NCBI GenBank assembly: GCA_003598025.1
Contig: QZKH01000002.1
Coordinates: 206,206-270,205, forward strand
Direction: 5' to 3'
Source of the DNA: Candidatus Omnitrophota bacterium
Lineage (GTDB): Bacteria; Omnitrophota; Gorgyraeia; Gygaellales; Profunditerraquicolaceae
DNA length: 64,000 nt
Shown: piece after piece, positions 50,789-60,296 of the stretch
Numbering within the stretch: position 1 is the first letter of the stretch
Layout of the letters: each line of letters opens with the position of its first letter
Position numbers and translations under genes: made by a program
The notes under the pieces: model-generated
Told to the model about the DNA's origin: nothing
The model's input: only the letters and a program-made list of their open reading frames with translations
The model's database searches: none

Positions 50789-52881
50789 ATATCCTGCAGG
50801 TACTTCCTGAATTAAATGTCGGCGGCGTAGAAACAGGCACGCTTGATCTTGCCAAGCATCTTGTCAAGCTCGGGCATAATGCAGTGGTTGTATCCTGCGG
50901 CGGGGCGCTGGTCAAGGAGCTTGAGAGCTACGGCATAAAACATTATCAGCTTGCGGTAAATAAAAAATCCATTCCCACGATGATAAAGATGGTCCCTAAA
51001 TTAGCCGAGATAATAACCAGGGAAAACATCGATATAGTGCATGCGCGCTCGCGCGTGCCGGCATGGATAGCCTATTTTGCCGCAAGACGGACCAGGCGCG
51101 TATTTATAACTACCTGCCACGGTTATTACACCAGGCATCCGTTTAGTTTTGTCATGGGCTGGGCAAAGAAGGTCATCGTATTGAGCAATGTGATAGGCAG
51201 GCATATGATCGAGGATTTTGGCGTGCCGGTTGAGCGGGTAAGGATGATACCGCGCAGCGTTGACATCGAGAAATTCAAATTTATCGACCCGCAGGAAAAA
51301 AAGTTTGATTATTTTAACGTCGGCATAATCGGCAGGATCACCCCTTTAAAGGGGCACCTTGATTTTATAAAAGCTATGGCTAAAGTCGCGCGGGTCATCC
51401 CGCGGCTTAAGATTTGGATAGTCGGAGATGCGCCGGAATCAAAAGAGGCGTATAAAGAGCAGGTGCAGGTTTTAGTCAGGAGGCTGGGCTTAAGCCACTG
51501 CACCCAGTTTCTGGGCACGCAAAGGAACATACCGGAGATATTATCCAATTTTAACCTGCTTGTTTTAGCAACGACAACCCAGGAGGCATTCGGCAGGGTA
51601 ATAATAGAGGCGCAGGCAAGCGGCGTTCCGGTAGTCGCGACAAAAGTCGGAGGCGTAATTGATATAATTGAGAATGGTAAAAACGGGATTTTAGTTGCGC
51701 CTGCCGATCCTCTGGCGATGTCCGAAGCAATAATCAAGATAGCAAAGGACCCCGCTCTTGCCGGGAAAATGGCCCATGCCGCATACAAAAAAGTGGTTGA
51801 GAAATATAATATCGAGCTGATGGTAAAAAATACCATGAAAGTCTACGATGAGGCGCTCCAGGATAAGAGCATTCTGATAATCAAGCTCAGCTCGCTCGGA
51901 GATATCATACTTTCTACCGCGGCAATACGCGCCATAAGAGAAAAATTCAGCAGGAATTATAAGATTACGCTTTTGGTGGATGAAAAATTCAAAGAGCCGG
52001 TACTGACTTGCCCCTATATCGACGAATTGCTGGTATGCGATTTTAAATTCCGCGATTCCGGGATAAAGGGGCTGCTTAAGCTGGCTAAGATACTAAGGAA
52101 AAAGAATTTTGATATAGCCATCGACCTGCAGAATAACCACCGCAGCCATCTTTTGTCTTTTTTAAGCCTTGCTGTAGACCGGTATGGTTACAAAAATAAT
52201 AAATTCGGGTTTTTGCTTAACAAGGGTGTCAGACTTGATAAGGCTCCGGCGCCTCCGGTAGAGCACCAGTTCCGGATATTAAAACCTTTAGGTATTGAGT
52301 TGAATGACCCCAGGCTAGAAATGTGGCCGGCAAAGAAGGACCATGATTATGTAGATGAGTTTCTCGGCTCTGAATGGCTGAATTCGAAGCAGAGGTTGAT
52401 CGGGATAAATATAAGCGCAAGCAAAAGATGGCTCACCAAAGGCTGGCCGATAGAGCATATGGTAAAGTTATGCGAGGAGCTTGCGCGCAAAGAATTCAGG
52501 ATGGTCATAACCGGCTTAGAACATGATTCAAAACTGGCAACGGAATTGATAAAAAGACTTAAAAACACAAAAGCGATTAATGCCTGCGGAAAGACTTCCA
52601 TAAATCAGCTTGCCTGCCTGATTGCAAGGTGCAGCGTTTTTATTTCGGGAGATTCTGCGCCGCTGCATATTGCATCCAGCCAGAATATCCCGGTGGTTGC
52701 GCTTTTCGGGCCGACTGATCCCCTGCGGCATATCCCGCCGCATGATAAAATAATCGTAATAAGGAAAGAACTATCCTGTTCGCCGTGCTATAAACCCAAC
52801 TGCAGGAATATAAGGTGCATGAACCAGATTAAACCCGAAGAAGTGATTGACGCGGTTATGCAGCTACTGGAAGGCAAATGA
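50785..52881 (+). CDS. GT4 plus GT9 glycosyltransferase fusion
   Basis: GGVE, HARSR, EAFGRVIIEA; then KLSSLGD, DLQ, DSAPLH, LFGPT. Confidence 0.9.
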   Translation: MNILQVLPELNVGGVETGTLDLAKHLVKLGHNAVVVSCGGALVKELESYGIKHYQLAVNKKSIPTMIKMVPKLAEIITRENIDIVHARSRVPAWIAYFAARRTRRVFITTCHGYYTRHPFSFVMGWAKKVIVLSNVIGRHMIEDFGVPVERVRMIPRSVDIEKFKFIDPQEKKFDYFNVGIIGRITPLKGHLDFIKAMAKVARVIPRLKIWIVGDAPESKEAYKEQVQVLVRRLGLSHCTQFLGTQRNIPEILSNFNLLVLATTTQEAFGRVIIEAQASGVPVVATKVGGVIDIIENGKNGILVAPADPLAMSEAIIKIAKDPALAGKMAHAAYKKVVEKYNIELMVKNTMKVYDEALQDKSILIIKLSSLGDIILSTAAIRAIREKFSRNYKITLLVDEKFKEPVLTCPYIDELLVCDFKFRDSGIKGLLKLAKILRKKNFDIAIDLQNNHRSHLLSFLSLAVDRYGYKNNKFGFLLNKGVRLDKAPAPPVEHQFRILKPLGIELNDPRLEMWPAKKDHDYVDEFLGSEWLNSKQRLIGINISASKRWLTKGWPIEHMVKLCEELARKEFRMVITGLEHDSKLATELIKRLKNTKAINACGKTSINQLACLIARCSVFISGDSAPLHIASSQNIPVVALFGPTDPLRHIPPHDKIIVIRKELSCSPCYKPNCRNIRCMNQIKPEEVIDAVMQLLEGK

Positions 52882-53981
52882 ACATACTTTTTATAACTAA
52901 CCATATAAATATCGGGGGTATTACAAGCTATGTGGTTAATTTAGGCTCAGGCTTCAGGGAACTGGGCCATGAGGTATACATAGCTTCTTCCGGCGGAGAA
53001 TGCCTGTCCAGGATGGAGGATAAGCGCATATATTTTTATCCCATACCCATCAGGACAAAATCAGTGCTCAGCCCGAAAATTTTGATCAGTTTCTTAAAAT
53101 TAAAGGGGCTGGTAAATAGCAAGAACATAGATATAATCCATGCTAATTCCAGGACCACGCAGGCCTTAGCATGCCTGTTAAGCCGGGCCACAAAAGTCCC
53201 GTATGTTTCAACCTGCCATGGTTTTTTCAGGCCCAGGATGCAAAGGAGGATGTTTTCCTGCTGGGGTAAGAGAGTTATCGCAGTGAGCGATTCGGTAAAG
53301 GAACATTTGATTAATGATTTTAATGTCAGCTTCGATAAAATAAGCCTTGTTTATAGCGGTATAGATATAGACAGGTTCAGTGTCCCCACCCCCAAGGAGA
53401 GGGTTGAGGCAAAGCAGTATTTCGGTTTAGGCAGGGGCAAAACTATCGGGATAATCGCCCGGCTCTCCGATGTAAAGGGCCATATATACCTGATTGAGGC
53501 GTTAAGGTATATCCTTGCGATGATGCCTGAGGTGCAGTTATTGATAGTCGGCGACGGAAACATGAAAAATGAACTGGTTACCCGCGTCAATAATTACGGG
53601 ATTGCAAAGAACGTATTTTTTGTAACACAGACGCTTGATACGAGGGATGTCTTAGCGGCGATAGATATCTTTGTCATGCCTTCCATTAAAGAGGGTCTAG
53701 GTTTAGCGCTCATGGAGGCGATGGCATGCGGCCTTCCGGTTATCGGCAGCGATATTGGCGGCATAAAGAACCTTATAACCAATGATGTAAACGGGTTGCT
53801 TTTTCCGGTCGCAGACAGTAACGCATTGGCTAAAGCGATAGTTGAGCTCATTAAGGATGATAAACGCGCAGCTAAGCTCGGAGAGAGAGCAAGAGAGTTT
53901 ATCTGCGCAAATTTTTCCAAAGATAGAATGGCAAGAGAAACCTTAGAGGTTTATAAAAAATGCTTAAATCAAAAAAGCTAA
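52878..53981 (+). CDS. GT4 glycosyltransferase
   Basis: GGIT, ARLSDVKGH, EGLGLALMEAM. Confidence 0.92.
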   Translation: MNILFITNHINIGGITSYVVNLGSGFRELGHEVYIASSGGECLSRMEDKRIYFYPIPIRTKSVLSPKILISFLKLKGLVNSKNIDIIHANSRTTQALACLLSRATKVPYVSTCHGFFRPRMQRRMFSCWGKRVIAVSDSVKEHLINDFNVSFDKISLVYSGIDIDRFSVPTPKERVEAKQYFGLGRGKTIGIIARLSDVKGHIYLIEALRYILAMMPEVQLLIVGDGNMKNELVTRVNNYGIAKNVFFVTQTLDTRDVLAAIDIFVMPSIKEGLGLALMEAMACGLPVIGSDIGGIKNLITNDVNGLLFPVADSNALAKAIVELIKDDKRAAKLGERAREFICANFSKDRMARETLEVYKKCLNQKS

Positions 53982-54751
53982 AAATAATAATTATATTGGC
54001 TGCGTTATTAGGTATCGTTTCTATGGGCCTGGTATCTTTTATCCGCCGGAACTATGTTCCGCCGATACTTATGTACCACTTTATAAGGCCGGGTGAGCCT
54101 CCTTCAATGAGGTTAACGGTTTCACCTGCTACTTTTGAGAGGCAGATGCGGGTTTTAAAAATACTAAGATATAAAGTGCGGCCGTTAAGCGACCTGGTTA
54201 AGATGATGGAGAGTAGCGAGAAGATCCCCTACGGCACGGTTTTTATTACTTTTGACGACGGGAGCAAGGACAATTATATCAATGCATACCCCGTACTTAA
54301 AAAATACAGCCTGCCGGCAACGATGTTTATAATCACGCAGGAGGTGGGCAGGGATGACAGGTTAAACTGGAATGAAATACTCAAGATGCGCGATTCAGGC
54401 CTGATTGATTTCGGCAGCCACTGCATCGGCCCGGAGCCTTTAGTTAATCTTAAATCAGAAGAAAAAATTAAAGACGAGATATTCAGGTCAAAGGCGGTAT
54501 TAGAAGATAAGCTCAATGAACCGATAGAGTTATTTGCTTATCCCGAGGGTCTTTTTAACGAAAGGATCCGCCAGCTTGTAATAGATGCAGGCTATAAACT
54601 TGCCTTTACTACTTCAAAGAAAGGCTATCCCGATAACGACCGCTTTGCGATGAAGCGCTTGAGGATCTCCGAGACTTCGGCAAATCCGATTGTATTCTGT
54701 ATCCAGGTTTCAGGGGTGTATAATTTCATTAAGGAGCACCGTGATGACTAA
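53960..54751 (+). CDS. Polysaccharide deacetylase (CE4)
   Basis: PILMYH, ITFDDG, GSH, FAYPEG; N-terminal TM. Confidence 0.92.
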   Translation: MLKSKKLKIIIILAALLGIVSMGLVSFIRRNYVPPILMYHFIRPGEPPSMRLTVSPATFERQMRVLKILRYKVRPLSDLVKMMESSEKIPYGTVFITFDDGSKDNYINAYPVLKKYSLPATMFIITQEVGRDDRLNWNEILKMRDSGLIDFGSHCIGPEPLVNLKSEEKIKDEIFRSKAVLEDKLNEPIELFAYPEGLFNERIRQLVIDAGYKLAFTTSKKGYPDNDRFAMKRLRISETSANPIVFCIQVSGVYNFIKEHRDD

Positions 54752-55769
54752 AAGGATACTGATTTTTAACGTTAATTGGCTGGGAGATGTATTATTTTCT
54801 ACCGCGGTTATCAGGAATTTAAAACGCAATTACCCGGATAGCTATATTGCCTGTTGTGTGCCGGGAAGGTGCCTGCAGATTATCAAGGGCAACCCGCACC
54901 TGGATGAGATCATTATTTACGACGAGCGCGGCAAGGCAAAGGGCCTTATGCCGCGGCTTAAATTCATCAACATGCTTAAAACAAAGAAATTTGATACGGT
55001 TTATCTTTTACACCGGTCGTTCAGCCGCGCGCTTATGTGCAGGCTGGCAGGCATACCTGAGAGGATAGGCTATCATACTAAAAAGAGGGCGTTTCTTCTT
55101 ACTAAAGCCATAAAACAGCCTAAAAAAGACAGCATGCACCGTATAGATTATTACCTTAATATCTTAAAAGAAAGCGGGCTTGCCTGTCATGACCGGCACA
55201 CTGAGTTTACATTTGACGACATGGATATGCTTGCCGTTGGCAATTTTTTCAAGGAAAATGATTTGGATGATAAAGGCCTGCTTATTGCTATTAACCCGGG
55301 CGGGAATTGGCTTCCCAAACGCTGGCCCAAAGAAAATTGGGCAAAACTGGCTGACCTGATAATCAGTGAATTAAAGGCAAAAGTTATTATTACCGGCGGC
55401 TCCCAGGATTTAAAATTAAGCAAAGAAATAGAAGGCTTGATGAAAAATAAGCCGGTCATCTCTGTAGATATCTTTAATTTAAAACAGCTGGGCGCATTGT
55501 TAAGCAGGATACCGCTTTTTATTACTGCTGATTCCGGGCCTTTGCATATCGCAAGCTCGGTAGGCTGCAGGAACATTATCGCTATCTTCGGCCCGACTTC
55601 GGCCAGCGTAACCGGGCCTGTGCCGGGAGATAATACGCTGATTATCCAAAAAGACGTAGGATGCAAAATCCCATGCTACGAGGTGAAATGCCCGGATAAC
55701 CGCTGCATGAAGGCGATTACCCCGGAAGAGGTTTTAAAAGAAATCAAAAAGATTTATGCCAAAAGATAA
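54744..55769 (+). CDS. GT9 heptosyltransferase (WaaF-like)
   Basis: NWLGD, NPGG...KRWP, DSGPLH, IFGPT. Confidence 0.9.
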   Translation: MTKRILIFNVNWLGDVLFSTAVIRNLKRNYPDSYIACCVPGRCLQIIKGNPHLDEIIIYDERGKAKGLMPRLKFINMLKTKKFDTVYLLHRSFSRALMCRLAGIPERIGYHTKKRAFLLTKAIKQPKKDSMHRIDYYLNILKESGLACHDRHTEFTFDDMDMLAVGNFFKENDLDDKGLLIAINPGGNWLPKRWPKENWAKLADLIISELKAKVIITGGSQDLKLSKEIEGLMKNKPVISVDIFNLKQLGALLSRIPLFITADSGPLHIASSVGCRNIIAIFGPTSASVTGPVPGDNTLIIQKDVGCKIPCYEVKCPDNRCMKAITPEEVLKEIKKIYAKR

Positions 55770-57819
55770 ACAAGTCAAAAAAATACTATTCATCACCCTA
55801 AGCAATATCGGTGATAATTTTCTATCCCTTCCGGTATTAGATACCTTAAAAGAATGTTTCCCCCTTGCCCAGATACACGTAATGGCAGCGCTCCGGCCTA
55901 AAGAGATATTTGAGAATAACCCCCTGATAAGTAAAGTCATCGCGTACGATAAGCACTCCCGCTTAAGCGAGAAGATGAAATTGTTCGGCCAGCTCCAGAG
56001 AGAAAGATACGATATCGTCATTGATTTGCGCAACAGCCTCTTTGGCGCGCTCCTTCCTGCGCGCTACAGGATTTCGCCGTTTCTTATCGTGCCTAAAGAC
56101 ATAAAGCATATGAATTCCAGGCATCTTTATAAAGTAAAAAAGATCCTGCTTAAGATAAAGAAAGATTTATCCGTAAGCATGAAGGAGACAGTGTTTTTCT
56201 TGAACCCCGAGGATAAGGCGCGCATAAAGAAGATCCTTTTAGACCACGGACTTTTTTTCCGTAACGACGTAGTCGTGGTCTCAGCCGGCGCGCGCAGTTA
56301 TATCAAGCGCTGGCCCAAGGAAAAATTCACCGAGCTCATTACTTTAATGATAAAAGAATTCGGCGTAAAGGTGGTCTTAGTCGGAGATAAGGACGATGAG
56401 CCGGTCTCTGAATATATAGCCAGCAACTGCCCGTATCCTGTGTTGAATTTAACGGGCCAAACCAATATCGCCCAGCTTGCGTACCTTTTAAAGCGGGCAA
56501 GGTTTTTAATAACTAATGACAGCGCGCCTCTTCATATCGTAAGTTACCTGAACGTGCCGGTAGTGGCAATATTCGGGCCGACCAACGAAGAAAAATACGG
56601 TCCCTGGTCGGATAACTATTCGCTGGCAAAAAAAGATATCTCCTGCCGGCCGTGCGAGAAAGCAGATTGTTCCCTCGGCTCGATAAACTGCATGAACATG
56701 ATAAGGGCTGACGAGGTATTACGCCTTGCGCGCAAGATGATAGTTGACAAGTTTGAGCCGCAAGATAAAAAGATAGACCATGATTTTAAGCGCATCCTCA
56801 TTGTGCGCACTGACAGGATCGGCGATGTGGTCTTATCTACCCCGGTGATTAAGAACCTGCGCAATAGATTCCCTTCAGCATATATTGCCATGGTGGTTTC
56901 TCCGCAGGCAAAGGAGATAATTGACAATAACCCCTATCTTGATGAAGTGATACTCTATGATAAGGACAAAGAGCATAAAGGATGGCAGCAGAGCATGGAA
57001 TTTGCCGGGCTTCTTGCCAAGAAAAAGTTTGATATAGCAATAATACTGCATCCGACCAACCGCATGCACTTATTGACATTCCTGGCAAAGATACCGGTCA
57101 GGGTAGGCTATGACAAGAAAATGGGATTTTTGTTGAGTAAAAAGATAAAGCATACAAAACAATTAGGGCAAAAACACGAGCTTGAGTATAATCTGGATTT
57201 ATTAAAGGCAATCGGCATAAATGCCGAAGATAAAGAATTAATTTTTAATATCCGCCCGGAAGTTGAGATATGGGCGCGCCATAAATTAATGAATTTGGGC
57301 GTAAAAGACAACGAGAAGGTAATAGCAATACATCCCTCAGCAAGTTGCCCTTCTAAGATCTGGCCGCATGAGAGATTTGCACAACTTGCAGATAAGCTTA
57401 TCGAGAAATACAGCTTTAAAGTGCTCATTGTGGCTGCTGCAAAGGATAATTATCTGGCTGAAAAAGTGATGAAAGAGATGTATAATGAAGCCATAAACTT
57501 AAGCGGAGAGACTTCCGTCAGCCAATTAGCCGCAATATTAAAGAGAAGCGTTTTATTCATATCCAATGATTCCGGGCCCGTGCATGTTGCTAGCGCGGTA
57601 AACACTCCGGTTATCTCCATTTTTGGCAGGAACCAGGCAGGGCTTAGCCCCAAGCGCTGGGCGCCGGTAGGCAAAAAAGATAAGGTCCTGCATAAAGAAG
57701 TCGGCTGCATCCAATGCCTTGCGCATAACTGTAAAAAGAATTTTGCCTGTTTAAGGGCGATAGGTGTGGAGGATGTGATTAGAGCGGTGGAAGAGGTATT
57801 AGCGAAGCAGCTGTTATAA
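55756..57819 (+). CDS. Tandem double GT9 heptosyltransferase
   Basis: Two GT9 repeats: SNIGD...KRWP...NDSAPLH and DRIGD...KIWP...NDSGPVH. Confidence 0.9.
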   Translation: MPKDKQVKKILFITLSNIGDNFLSLPVLDTLKECFPLAQIHVMAALRPKEIFENNPLISKVIAYDKHSRLSEKMKLFGQLQRERYDIVIDLRNSLFGALLPARYRISPFLIVPKDIKHMNSRHLYKVKKILLKIKKDLSVSMKETVFFLNPEDKARIKKILLDHGLFFRNDVVVVSAGARSYIKRWPKEKFTELITLMIKEFGVKVVLVGDKDDEPVSEYIASNCPYPVLNLTGQTNIAQLAYLLKRARFLITNDSAPLHIVSYLNVPVVAIFGPTNEEKYGPWSDNYSLAKKDISCRPCEKADCSLGSINCMNMIRADEVLRLARKMIVDKFEPQDKKIDHDFKRILIVRTDRIGDVVLSTPVIKNLRNRFPSAYIAMVVSPQAKEIIDNNPYLDEVILYDKDKEHKGWQQSMEFAGLLAKKKFDIAIILHPTNRMHLLTFLAKIPVRVGYDKKMGFLLSKKIKHTKQLGQKHELEYNLDLLKAIGINAEDKELIFNIRPEVEIWARHKLMNLGVKDNEKVIAIHPSASCPSKIWPHERFAQLADKLIEKYSFKVLIVAAAKDNYLAEKVMKEMYNEAINLSGETSVSQLAAILKRSVLFISNDSGPVHVASAVNTPVISIFGRNQAGLSPKRWAPVGKKDKVLHKEVGCIQCLAHNCKKNFACLRAIGVEDVIRAVEEVLAKQLL

Positions 57820-57896
57820 TTAGTTCATAGTTCATAGTTAATGGTTCATAGTTCATAGATTAGTTCACGGTTCACAGAGCATAGTTCATAGAAATA
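57819..57896. repeat. Two stacked left-arm heptamer arrays starting at the GT9 stop codon
   Basis: attag-ttcata-gttcata-gttaatg-gttcata-gttcata-g | attag-ttcacg-gttcaca-gagcata-gttcata-gaaata. Confidence 0.9.
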
Positions 57897-57965
57897 TCAA
57901 GAAGAGGTTAGAGGGGCCTGGTCCTTAAAATTAGTTCCTATAAGAAATGGGCTTTGGAGGAAATT

Positions 57966-58271
57966 ATGGATAATAAAAAGATATATAATAATGACTTGAT
58001 AGTGTTTTCGATTTTGGGGAGCTTATGCCTTTTGCCGTCTTTATTAATGCTATACTATTTTTTTGTTTCAGAATCCAGCCAACCGCCGTATCTATTAAGA
58101 ATGCTTTTTGAGATTATGCTTTCATCAAAAACCTATGCCCCTATGTGGTCAGAGGTTGATAAAGATCTTTTACTATACCGAGCTATTATTTGGATGGCTT
58201 TAGGTATCGGATTGATAGGTTTTGGAATTTATAAATATAAAAAGGAATCGGTTATTAAGACTAGTTTATAG
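57966..58271 (+). CDS. AT-rich hypothetical 2-TM protein (cargo)
   Basis: GGAGG SD; two hydrophobic segments; stop TAG lies within the next repeat arm. Confidence 0.65.
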   Translation: MDNKKIYNNDLIVFSILGSLCLLPSLLMLYYFFVSESSQPPYLLRMLFEIMLSSKTYAPMWSEVDKDLLLYRAIIWMALGIGLIGFGIYKYKKESVIKTSL

Positions 58272-58423
58272 TTGATGGTTCATAGATCATAGAAATAGAT
58301 AAAGTAGGTAGTCACAAAGACACACGACACAAGGACACAAAAATTAGTTCACGGTTCACAGTACACGGAGCACAGTTAATGCACTAGATTCGTTTGAGAA
58401 CTGTTCAGTTGGAGGAATTTAAC

Positions 58424-59104
58424 ATGTATACGATTATAAAAAAAATACTAGCGAAGATAGTTAATAATAAAGATCTAATTGTAACTATTGTAGCTGTTGT
58501 TGCACTTGTAGTTTCCGTTAGGGGATGTTGCGTATCTACGGATGCTTATAGACTATCTAAAGAATCTAAAAATATAGCAAAGGATGCTTTAGATACGGGA
58601 AAATATCAGTTTATCCAAATTAATCGCCCTTATGTATTGATCTCTCCAAAGAAATTCAATGATGGCTCATTTTGGAAAATTCAGCAAAAAAGCAATCACG
58701 TCGAAATTATAGTTAAATACGAAATAAAGAACGTGGGTAACGTTGCGGCAAAAAATATTGAATTACCTGATAATTTAATAATTGGACAAGAGACAAAACT
58801 CAAGAGAGATGCACCTGTTTCTTATAAGAAAATGAGCGAGGTGACATTAGGACCCGGAGATTTTTATGAACTTGTGTGTAGTTTTGTGTTAGATTATTCA
58901 GACGAAGAGGCAGCCAAAAATAATTATGAGTATATTGTTTCGGATTCAAGTGAAGGCCTAACTTTGTTGTTAGCGGTAACTTATACAAACGAGATAGATG
59001 GATTTATGGAATATAGGACAATAGTTGAAAACAGAATTCATAATGATAATGCTTTAATTATCAAATCTGAGATGCTTAATCTCAATACTAAAGCTAAGAA
59101 TTGA
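58424..59104 (+). CDS. AT-rich hypothetical protein with N-terminal TM and beta-rich domain (cargo)
   Basis: GGAGGA SD; TM, then NRPYV...YEIKNVGNVAAKNI. Confidence 0.7.
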   Translation: MYTIIKKILAKIVNNKDLIVTIVAVVALVVSVRGCCVSTDAYRLSKESKNIAKDALDTGKYQFIQINRPYVLISPKKFNDGSFWKIQQKSNHVEIIVKYEIKNVGNVAAKNIELPDNLIIGQETKLKRDAPVSYKKMSEVTLGPGDFYELVCSFVLDYSDEEAAKNNYEYIVSDSSEGLTLLLAVTYTNEIDGFMEYRTIVENRIHNDNALIIKSEMLNLNTKAKN

Positions 59105-59182
59105 ATTGCAAATAATATAGTTAGAGAGTCGTCTTTAAATAGAAAACACTGTTTTGTATTTAAGAAGCTCAAAAGAAGATCT

Positions 59183-59992
59183 ATGAAAAATTTAGACTTG
59201 GAGAAAAATGCAATAAAAGGGATTCGAGAAGCGATAGCTTGGCATACTATAATAGTGGATGTTTCCCTCGCCAATACTTCTCTTGGGTGGGGGACGGGAA
59301 CATTATTAGAGATAAATAGCAGAAAGTTTATATTAACATGCGCACATGTAGTTAAAAAAGAATATAAAAATAAAGATTTGAGGTTTATTTATCGCTCAGG
59401 AAATTCTTTAAGAGATGCTGATAAAGATATTATTAAAGAAGCTCCGCTTAATGATCTAGTTGAAGCAGATGATAAAGCGTATTCTTTAGAAATTCCAACA
59501 ATTAATAGGTTTTATTCTGATTTTACTGATGATTTAGTCATGCTGGAATTAGAGCCAACAGCAAAAACAATAAGTAATTTTGTTTTTTTTGATGCCTCTA
59601 TAGGGAGAATCATATCTCCTGAAATTGGCATGGCGACTTATATGCTTGGTTTTTCTGTTGAACTAACAAGAGAAATTAATAAATATGGTGTTGGAAATTT
59701 CCATTATTTCTTGGGATCAAAAATCATAGATTTTGCTGCTTCTGACCGAAGCATTGATTATAATAGGCAATTTTTTATCGATTATAGTATTGATGATCAC
59801 TCAGTTGACCTGCATGGTTTGAGCGGCTGTGGAGTATGGACGCGCAAGCCATCTGGAAAGAATAATTTATGGTCTCCAAATCTTTATCTTGTTGGAGTCC
59901 AGGATGCTTTTATCACAGTAACTAGAAAATTTCAGCCTATCCGAGCGACTAGGGGAGAAAGAATAACAGATTTAATTAACAAAACAATATAA
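59183..59992 (+). CDS. Trypsin-like serine protease (cargo)
   Basis: GTGTL, FILTCAHVV (His), DLVMLEL (Asp), GLSGCGVW (Ser), LVGV. Confidence 0.8.
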   Translation: MKNLDLEKNAIKGIREAIAWHTIIVDVSLANTSLGWGTGTLLEINSRKFILTCAHVVKKEYKNKDLRFIYRSGNSLRDADKDIIKEAPLNDLVEADDKAYSLEIPTINRFYSDFTDDLVMLELEPTAKTISNFVFFDASIGRIISPEIGMATYMLGFSVELTREINKYGVGNFHYFLGSKIIDFAASDRSIDYNRQFFIDYSIDDHSVDLHGLSGCGVWTRKPSGKNNLWSPNLYLVGVQDAFITVTRKFQPIRATRGERITDLINKTI

Positions 59993-60258
59993 ATAATAAA
60001 CACTTTATGATATGTGTGTAAAGTGGATTTTGGTTTTCTCAATAAGCTATCAGCTCCAGGCTATATTTATCGTGATATACATATAGTTTTTCTGTGACCT
60101 TGTGTCTTTGTGACCAACTACTCTAGTTATTACTGTGCTCCGTGAACCGTGATCTGTGAACTCAAGCTTTTTGTGTCCTTGTGTCGTGTGACTTTGTGAC
60201 TACCTACTTTAGCTATTTCTATGAACTATGAACCATCAACCATGAACCTTTTTTCCCT

Positions 60259-60286
60259 TTGCTTTCCCTCATTTTTGTGCTAAAAT
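60259..60286 (+). promoter_or_regulatory. Putative sigma70 promoter right after the right inverted repeat
   Basis: TTGCTT-16 bp-TAAAAT with a TG extension. Confidence 0.45.
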
Positions 60287-60296
60287 TAACAGTTCA

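Larger units (their letters stand above)
58264..60247. mobile_element. Putative non-autonomous cassette bounded by ~125-bp modular inverted repeats
   Basis: 58271-58343 matches the reverse complement of 60168-60240 at 70/73 nt by my alignment; similarity continues to 58387/60123; encloses two AT-rich ORFs; mobility is inferred. Confidence 0.7.

Noticed and set aside
60045-60063. GCTATCA-type arm remnant (gctatcagctccagg)
   Set aside because: Only about two degenerate units, which could be chance.
58255-60260. Classical IS or composite transposon with a target-site duplication
   Set aside because: No transposase ORF and no clear direct repeat outside the arms by eye.
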